Source: Mobula hypostoma
Taxonomy: Eukaryota
Direction of reading: 5' to 3'
Assembly (NCBI RefSeq): GCF_963921235.1
Contig: NC_086097.1
Location: 40,178,001 to 40,242,000 of the forward strand
DNA: 64,000 nt
This document shows positions 56,880 through 64,000 of this stretch, piece after piece (the stretch's first letter is position 1; the number at the start of each line of letters is the position of its first letter). Under the pieces are notes generated by a model. It was not told the origin of the DNA, did not search any database, and was given only the letters and a program-made list of their open reading frames with translations. A program made the position numbers and the translations under genes.

Positions 56880-57475
56880 CATAGATCATTGATGTCAGAG
56901 ATGTGGCACACTGTATCCACTAATCATGCACTCATTCTGCTTTACTTACTCCACGTTACCAGAAAAATTTTCAGTCCTATGACTCACCTGCACACTACGA
57001 GGGATGAAGTTCAGTCGGTTAAATTACCAACCTACTTGTCTTCTGGGATGTGTGAGCAAACTGGAGCACCGACTTATTTATTTATGTTATTCAGAGATGC
57101 AGCACAGAACAGGCCTTTCTGGCCCACTATATGGCGTCGCCCAGCAACCCACCAATTTAACCCTACCGTAACCACAGGGCAACTTACAATCATTAACCAA
57201 TGAGCCGGTACATCTTTGGACTGTGGGAGAAAACTGCAGAACTCGGTGGAATCCACACACTGCGTGGGGAGGACGTTCAAGCTTTCTTACAGTGGACGCC
57301 GGAATCGAACTCTGAAATCCGACATCCTGGGCTGTAAGTGGATCGTGCCAACCACTATGTTACTGCGGTGCCACAAATTCACAGCAACAGCCTGTGAACT
57401 GCAACACACAACAGTAACATAGGTCAGGACTAAGCCCAGGTCTCTGAAATTGTGAGGCAGAAACTCTATTTTATG
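56880..57475 (-). mobile_element. Old HE1-like SINE split by a younger V-SINE
   Basis: CTCACCTGCACACTACGAGG...AAACTGGAGCACC, then after 57372 AGGTCAGGACTAAGCCCAGGTCTCTGAAATTGTGAGGCAG. Confidence 0.7.
57074..57372 (-). mobile_element. Full-length V-SINE with CR1-type tail
   Basis: Minus-strand A box TAACATAGTGG, B box GAGTTCGATTCC, V-domain TTTCTCCCACAGTCCAAAGATGT, tail GGGCCAGAAAGGCCTG...(TAAA)n. Confidence 0.88.
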
Positions 57476-57560
57476 TGCTTCTAGGCTGCTAATTTCTAAA
57501 TGTTTCTGTTGAAACCTGTATAAAATCTTGAGGGATATACAGTAGATAGTGTAAACATAC

Positions 57561-59174
57561 TTTATACTTTATTGTCGCCAAACACTTGATACTAGAACGT
57601 ACAATCATCACAGCGATATTTGATTCTGCGCTTCCCACTCCCTGGATTACAAATATTAAATAGTAAAAATTAGTAAATATTTAAAATTTAAATTATAAAT
57701 CATAAATAGAAAATAGAAAAATGGAAAGTAAGGTAGTGCGAAAAAAATACCAAGAGACAGGTCTGGATATTTGGAGGGTACGGACCAGATCCGGGTCAGG
57801 ATCCGTTCAGCAGTCTTATCACAGTTGGAAAGAAGCTGTTCCCAAATCTGGCCGTATGAGTCTTCAAGCTCCTAAGCCTTCTCCCGGAGGGAAGAGAGAC
57901 GAAAAGTATGTTGGCTGGGTGGGTCGTGTCCTTGATTATCCTGGCAGCACTGCTCCGACAGCATGCGGTGTGAAGTGAGTCCAAGGACGGAAGATTGGTT
58001 TGTGTGATGCGCTGGGCTGTATTCACGATCTTCTGCAGCTTCTTCCGGTCTTGGACAGGACAACTTCCATACCAGGTTGTGATGCACCCTACAAGAATGC
58101 TTTCTACGGTGCTTCTGTAAAAATTAGTGAGGGTTTTAGGGGACAGGCCAAATTTCTTTAGTTTTCTCAGGAAGTAAAGGCGCTGGTGGGCCTTCTTGGC
58201 AGTGAACTCTGCTTGGTTGGATCCAGTCAGGTCATTTGTGATATTGACCCCGAGGAACTTAAAGCTTTTGACCTGATCCACTTGCGCACCACTGAGGTAA
58301 ATTGGGTCGTGCGGTCCGCTACTCCTTCTGAAGTCAACAACCAATTCCTTTGTCTTGCTGACATTGAGGGATAGATTATTGTCTTCACACCATGCCACCA
58401 GGTTCTTAATTTCCTCTCTACTCAAACTCATCGTTACCCGAGATATGGCCTACAATTGTTGTGTCATCAGCAAACTTGTATATTGAGTTTGATGGAAACT
58501 TGGCTACACAATCATGGGTGTACAGTGAGTACAGCAGGGGGCTGAGTACACAGCCTTGTGGGGCACCAGTGCTCAGAGTGATTGTAGAGGAGAGCTTGTC
58601 CCCTATTTTTACAGCCTGGGTCCTGTCTGTGAGGAAGTTGAAGATCCAGCTGCAGATCTGAGTGCTAAGGCCCAGGTTCCGGAGCTTAGGAATCAGTTTA
58701 TATGGAATGATGGTATTAAAAGCAGAGCTGTAGTCAATGAAAAGGAGCCTCACGTATGCATCTTTATTCTCCAGAAGTTCTAAGGAGGAATGTAGGGCCA
58801 GAGAGATGGCATCTGCCATTGACCTGTTGCTCTGATAGGCGATTTGCAAAGCGTCGAGGTTGACCGGTAGGCTGTGGTTGATGTGTGCCCTAACCAATCT
58901 CTCGAAGCACTTCATAGCAAATGATGTCAGAGCCACAGGTCAATAGTCATTCAGGCATGCCACCTTGCTCTTCTTCGGCACTGGGATTATCGTTGCCTTC
59001 TTAAAACACGAGAGGATCTTAGACTGAAGCAAGGAGCAGTTGAAGATGTCAGCAAACACTCCAGCTAGCTCGCTTGCACAGGCCCGGAGAACCCGTCCTG
59101 GGACGCCATCTGGGCCGATTGCATTCCTTAAATTTATCTTCAGGAAGGCCCTTCTAACATCCTCCTCGGTGACG
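57561..59174 (-). mobile_element. Young 5'-truncated Rex1/Babar LINE with 6-bp TSD
   Basis: RT ORFs 58940-59182, 58418-58936 ([34 protein letters not shown]) and 57796-58431, separated by one stop and one frameshift; ACATAC at 57555-57560 and 59175-59180. Confidence 0.96.
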
Positions 59175-59184
59175 ACATACATAG

Positions 59185-59935
59185 TCCTAGATGGACATGC
59201 TTCCTTGACTAGAAGGCCAGAGCTATAGGGAGAGGTTGGTCACACTGGATCTCTATTCCTTGGAGCAGGGGAGAATGAGGGATGAGCTCACAGAAGTTTA
59301 TAAGATCATGAAGGGTATGGATAGGTGAATGGTCATAGTATTTTCCCCTGGTTTTGAGACCAAAACCAGAGGGTGTTAATAGAAGGTAATAAGGGAGAGA
59401 TTTAAAAGGGACCTGAGGGGTAACTTCCTTGCACAGAGGGTAGTGAATACCTGGAATGAGCTGACAGAGGAAGATATCGGTGGATAAAATTGTAACATTT
59501 AGGAGGCATTTGGATAGTTACATGGAAAAGAGGAGTTTAGAGGATTATGGGTCGAATGCAAGAAACTGGGAGTAGCAGGGAGGATAATGTGGTCACTACG
59601 GACCATTTAGGCCAGAGGGTTTCTTTTCAGTTCTGTATTACTTTATGACTCTATGATTCTTTCTCCCAGGAAAGGGGAACTAAAAACCAGAGGGCATAGG
59701 TTTCAGGTGGGATGTGAAAGATTTAAAAGAGACCTGAGGGGCAGAGAGTGCTGTGTATATGGAATGAGCTGCCAGAGGCAGATGCAATACAATATTTAAT
59801 AGACATATTGATAAGAACATGGATAAGAGGGGTTAAGGTATAAAGGCCAGCTGAGCATGGGGAATCAGCCTGGTGAATGAATTAGAATGAAGGGCCAATT
59901 TCCAAGCTGTATTTCACTATGATTCTATGATTCTC
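59185..59935 (+). mobile_element. Two tandem old CR1 3' fragments
   Basis: Both carry AGATTTAAAAG(G/A)GACCTGAGGGG and TGGAATGAGCTG, and end in CTATGATTCT tails (~59660 and ~59932). Confidence 0.8.
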
Positions 59936-60399
59936 TGGGAGGTTACCAACCTGAACCATAAACTGATTTTGTCTCTCCACTAACACTACCTGCCCCTCAA
60001 ATATCCACAGGATTGTCTGTTTTCATTTTTAATGACTTTGACAATATGTGTGACGAATCACCTAATAGGATCCACCACTATCTTTTCTTGTCGGGCCGGA
60101 GAACATTGCCTGACTGACCGATTGGCGAAAGGTCCTTTTCTGCATAAAATTTTCTGCAAGGGACGGTTAACATAGAACATTGCCAGGCAAATCCTTCACC
60201 ACACTGGGGAGAGCATGGCATAAGTACCACAGAGATCATGGAAGAGTTAGCATATTTACTTGGCTCAAAGTATTGGAAAGATTTTGTCAGAGTTGGTGGG
60301 TGATCAATACTTTCCCATTTGTTCCCATTAGCTCTGGAATACTGTACTGTCTGTGTCTTTAAAATCAATTCAAACCTGGATCTTATTTTTGCCCGCCTC

Positions 60400-60645
60400 C
60401 ACCCTATCCCCCCCCCCTCCCCTGACTAGTCCTTCTCCCTGTCATCCTTGGTCCAACACTCACCTCTTTGTCCTTGCTCACCATTCCCCTCTTTTCCTCC
60501 TTCTACACTCTCACTCCGCTTGATGAAGAGGTTAGATCCAAAATATTGACAGGTTCTTCCCCCACCCCCAGCACCAACAGGTCCATTCAACCTGCACATT
60601 GTTTGTTGCTCCCCATTCCAGCCTCTGTAGTCTCTTGGGTTTCCA
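60400..60645 (+). mobile_element. Old Penelope-like terminal remnant
   Basis: Pyrimidine-rich tract, decayed hammerhead CTTGATGAAGAGGTTAGATCCAAAATATTGAC, then TGTTGCTCCCCATTCCAGCCTCTGTAG. Confidence 0.55.
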
Positions 60646-61039
60646 GTACAAAAAGACTATTGATTTTATAAAAAAAACACTTGTTTTACTTTTAACTGGG
60701 AATAGTTTGTGCTAGACTACATTGTTTTCATTATTTTCACTTCTGGCTTTGCATTTAATTAACCTTTAAGAAAATTACACAAACTGTTTAACACTTTGGC
60801 TGCCTTGGTGATTCATTACACTAGACAGAGGTCTTTCATGTTACATTTGAAAAGAAATGCCTTTATCAGACCAAGCTGAATGCAATTCAAGGTTTAAAAT
60901 AACTGGAAGTTTTATAGAATAATAAATAGAATAATAGATGAAGGGCATCCAACATTGACCTTTTCGAAGTTAATCCAGCACAAATAATTCAAGTTTAAAA
61001 TTGGAATGGCTAGGTATGTTTTCCGAATTCTTGTCATTT

Positions 61040-61848
61040 AAGACCGTAAGACAAAGGAGCAGAAGTCGGCCATTGGGCCCATCAAGTCTGTTCCACCATT
61101 TTATCATGAGCTGATATATTCTCCCATTTAGTCCCACTCTCCCACCTTCTCACCATAATCTTTGATTACCTGGCTACTCAGATACCTATCAATCTCTGCC
61201 TTAAATGCACCAAATGACTTGGCCTCCACTGATGCCCATGGCAACAAATTCCATAGATTCACCACCCTCTGACTAAAAAAATGTCTTCGCATTTCTGTTC
61301 TGAATGGGCGCCCTTCAATCCTTAAGTCATGCCCTCTCGTACTAGACTCCCCCATCATGGGAAACAACTTTGCCACATCCACTCTGTCCATGCCTTTCAA
61401 CATTTGAAATGTTTCTATGAGGTGTCCCCTCATTCTTCTAAACACCAAGGAATACAGTCCAAGAGCAGACAAACGTTCCTCATATGTTAACCCTCTCATT
61501 CCTGGAATCATTCTAGTGAATCTTCTCTGTACCCTCTCTAACGTCAGCACATCCTTTCTTAAATAAGGAGACCAAAACTGCCCACAGTACTCCAAGTGAG
61601 GTCTCACCAGTGCCTTATAGAGCCTCAACATCACATCCCTGCTCCTATACTCTATTCCTCTAGAAATGAATGCCAACGTTGCATTCGCCTTCTTCACCAC
61701 CAACTCAACTTGGAGGTTAACCTTAAGGGTATCCTGTACGAGGACTCCAAGTCCTGTTGCATCTCAGAATTTTGAATTCTTTCCCCATTTAAATAATAGT
61801 CTGCCCATTTATTTCTTCTGCCAAAGTGCGTAACCATACACTTTCCAA
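61040..61848 (-). mobile_element. 5'-truncated CR1 with 5-bp TSD
   Basis: Open 191-aa C-terminal ORF (61128-61703); CATTT at 61035-61039 and 61849-61853; same subfamily as 1-2829. Confidence 0.94.
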
Positions 61849-62159
61849 CATTTGCTACAGCTTTGAAGCAATTCAAAATATTTTACTTATTCCAATTGGC
61901 AGGTGCAGCGCTTAAAAATCTAATTGGTCAGGAACTGGTCAAGGCACTGTGCAGGGGAGAACATGGAGGAGACGAGCAGATTACTGTTGAGAGAAACAGG
62001 AGCCTAGAATTAATTGATGTCTAAAAGTTGGCATCATGGGGCATACATATTGGGCTCTAAAAGATCTCAATTGCTGCGTATCTGTTTGGGAGGAAATGGG
62101 GCATTACTAACATTTCTTGAGGGCAGTCTGCTCTGAAATGGAAGTGTGTGGAATGCAAG

Positions 62160-62460
62160 CAGGTCTTTATGCTCACTAAATCCACGCTGACCACCAGGCA
62201 CCCACTTTACACCAATCCTATACTAATCTCATGATTGTTTTCCCTGCATTCCCATTCAATTCTACCATTCAAACTACAGTTAGGGGCCACATAAAGGGGC
62301 TGTTTAAACTACTAATGAGCATATGGGAGGAAACTGGACCACCTGGAAGAAATCCACCTGATCATATGGAGAGCATGCAAACTCCACACAGACAGCACCT
62401 GAGATTAAGGTTAAACCAGGGTCCCTGGAACTGGGAGGCAGCAGCTCCACCACTGTGGCA
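62160..62460 (-). mobile_element. HE1-like SINE
   Basis: GGGAGGAAACTGGACCACCTGGAAGAAATCCAC...GCAAACTCCACACAGACAGCACCTGAG is the reverse complement of the V-domain and tRNA head. Confidence 0.82.
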
Positions 62461-62539
62461 CTCCAGTGAGGCAGAGCCAGAGGGAGGAAGCAGGATGCAA
62501 GGCTAGAAGGAAAGGATTACAGCCAGCTTCTGGAGCTAC

Positions 62540-62832
62540 TGGGCGGCAGAGTAGCATAGTTCTGTTTTACAGTGCCAGCCATCAGTGATCAGGGTTCAAT
62601 TCCCCCCACTGTCTGTAAGGAGTTATAGCATTTTCTCTGTGACTGTGTGGGTTTCCTTTGGGTGCTCTGGTTTCCTGCCACGTCCCAAGAATGCACTGGA
62701 TAGGGTTGGTAAGTTGTGGTTGAGGTTGGAATCCTGCTGACACTTGCACATATTTGGACTGTTAGCTATTGACAGAAAATGATGCATTTCACTGTGCGTT
62801 TTGAAGTACATGTGACAAATAAAGCTAATCTA
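62540..62832 (+). mobile_element. V-SINE with a non-CR1 tail
   Basis: A box TAGCATAGT, B box GGTTCAATTCC, V-domain GTGGGTTTCCTTTGGGTGCTCTGGTTTCCTGCCAC, tail CATGTGACAAATAAAGCTAATCT. Confidence 0.85.
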
Positions 62833-64000
62833 TTACAAATTGGCTCTCCATTGGAAGGGGAGGATTTTCCTTTCATCCTATACAAGCCTTCCTGTTCAGT
62901 GATCTGAAACCTGAGGAGTGCTCTGAACCTTGCGCAGGTATGTACCTTAACAGATAAGCTGCCATATTCCCGAGTCACATTTCAGGCAATTGGCTGACAA
63001 TCCAAACCAGTGCTTCAGTTTGTCTGTTGTCTGTGATTTATATTAAGCGTAGGTATAAACCTTATTCGTGGGACTAGCAACTGTGCCACAGTGGCAGAAT
63101 CTGTACTGTCATTCTGTTTAATCCCTAGATATCACACAATGCAAACTTACTGGCCAAGTATCAAAGCGTGTAGTACAGAAATTGGTAATTGTTTTTTTAA
63201 CGATGCTGAAAGGCTTAATGAAGTCAGAATTATTTGTTCTTGGATTCATAGCAGCATTACCATTGTTGTCGCGTGCCTTTACAATCAAGAACACAAAATG
63301 TCCAGGAGACATTTCCTTCTGCACCACTGGGTACTTTATACTCAAGAACAAAGCTTCATGCCCACTCTATTAACAGCAGTATCTACACCATAAAAATGTG
63401 AACAGTATCCCCAAACTTTATATATAAAATGCTCATGGCATCCTTAGCTTCCTGGTACTCCAAAATCTGAAGCTGGACTTCAAGAGAACATTAATACTGT
63501 CACACACAATCTCAGGTGAACCAACCGAGCAGGCTATGAGGGGAACAGTTGAAGTCATTTGAATGATGGGAAATGATTTGTAATAGGGGTCAAAATATTG
63601 ATAATATAACAACACAGAACCAAATAAAACTATTTGTTTAATGAAGGTACATCATCTGTTTTGTCTCTCACAAAGGTAAATTCCTGTTGAGGAGAGGAAT
63701 ATTAGAAAGACTCATTTTCTCTGAATCTTGCTTCTTTAGATGCAACTTTGCAGTTCAAAATGATAATGATAATATAGGCTCTCCCAAATTAGGTAACCTA
63801 GTGCTCTTTTTGATTCTGCAAATTGACATTTTATCTTTTTCTCTGTCCCTTACAGTTTATTTATTTTTGTCTGCCCAACATGCTCTTTGTATGTGTCCTA
63901 CATTATTGCATTTTCTGCACGTTTCAACTTTAAATCTGCATTGGTTCGGTGTATGTGAGCATCTGCCACAAGGGTAATCCAATTTGTTCCACCAGGCAAG

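Noticed and set aside
57290..57372. tRNA gene
   Set aside because: The A/B boxes belong to a SINE head that continues into the V-domain and LINE tail; no full cloverleaf.
60105..60145. CTGACTGACCGATTGGCGAAAGGTC hammerhead-like string
   Set aside because: Wrong core spacing, no stem I, mismatched stem III.
62900..62916. DLKPE kinase catalytic-loop-like peptide
   Set aside because: Not followed by N-I/L-L and no other kinase exons seen.
63091..63977. Several 60-100 aa ORFs near the right edge
   Set aside because: No recognisable domain or consistent exon structure.

Overview
This is vertebrate nuclear DNA, almost certainly from a cartilaginous fish and probably a ray, judging by the HE1-type V-SINEs, HER1-like CR1 LINEs and Deu-type SINE relics. 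I could not support any host protein-coding gene, rRNA, tRNA gene or CRISPR array. The window reads as a large intron or gene desert. It is packed with nested, mostly decayed mobile elements: many CR1 LINEs (three retaining ORF1), Rex1/Babar LINEs, one L1, one old RTE, Penelope-like fragments, a solo LTR, a Tigger/pogo DNA transposon, SINEs and non-autonomous retroposons. Between these lie unique, homeodomain-motif-rich segments that may be enhancers. Nearly all ORFs in the supplied track are transposon debris or chance ORFs. Best leads: (1) an in-phase U_UUA_AAC slippery heptamer directly before the CR1 ORF1 stop, leading into an AUG-less ORF2 in the -1 frame and kept in a second, diverged CR1 lineage, suggesting -1 ribosomal frameshifting; (2) intact minimal hammerhead ribozymes in Penelope-like termini, one masked by its own inverted copy; (3) three copies of a ~650 bp non-coding retroposon with a YY1-like head instead of a Pol III head; (4) a Tigger element whose ends I recall resembling artiodactyl Tiggers, a possible horizontal transfer that is unverified. 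Family names rest on motif recognition, not database searches. Boundaries without a stated TSD are approximate.
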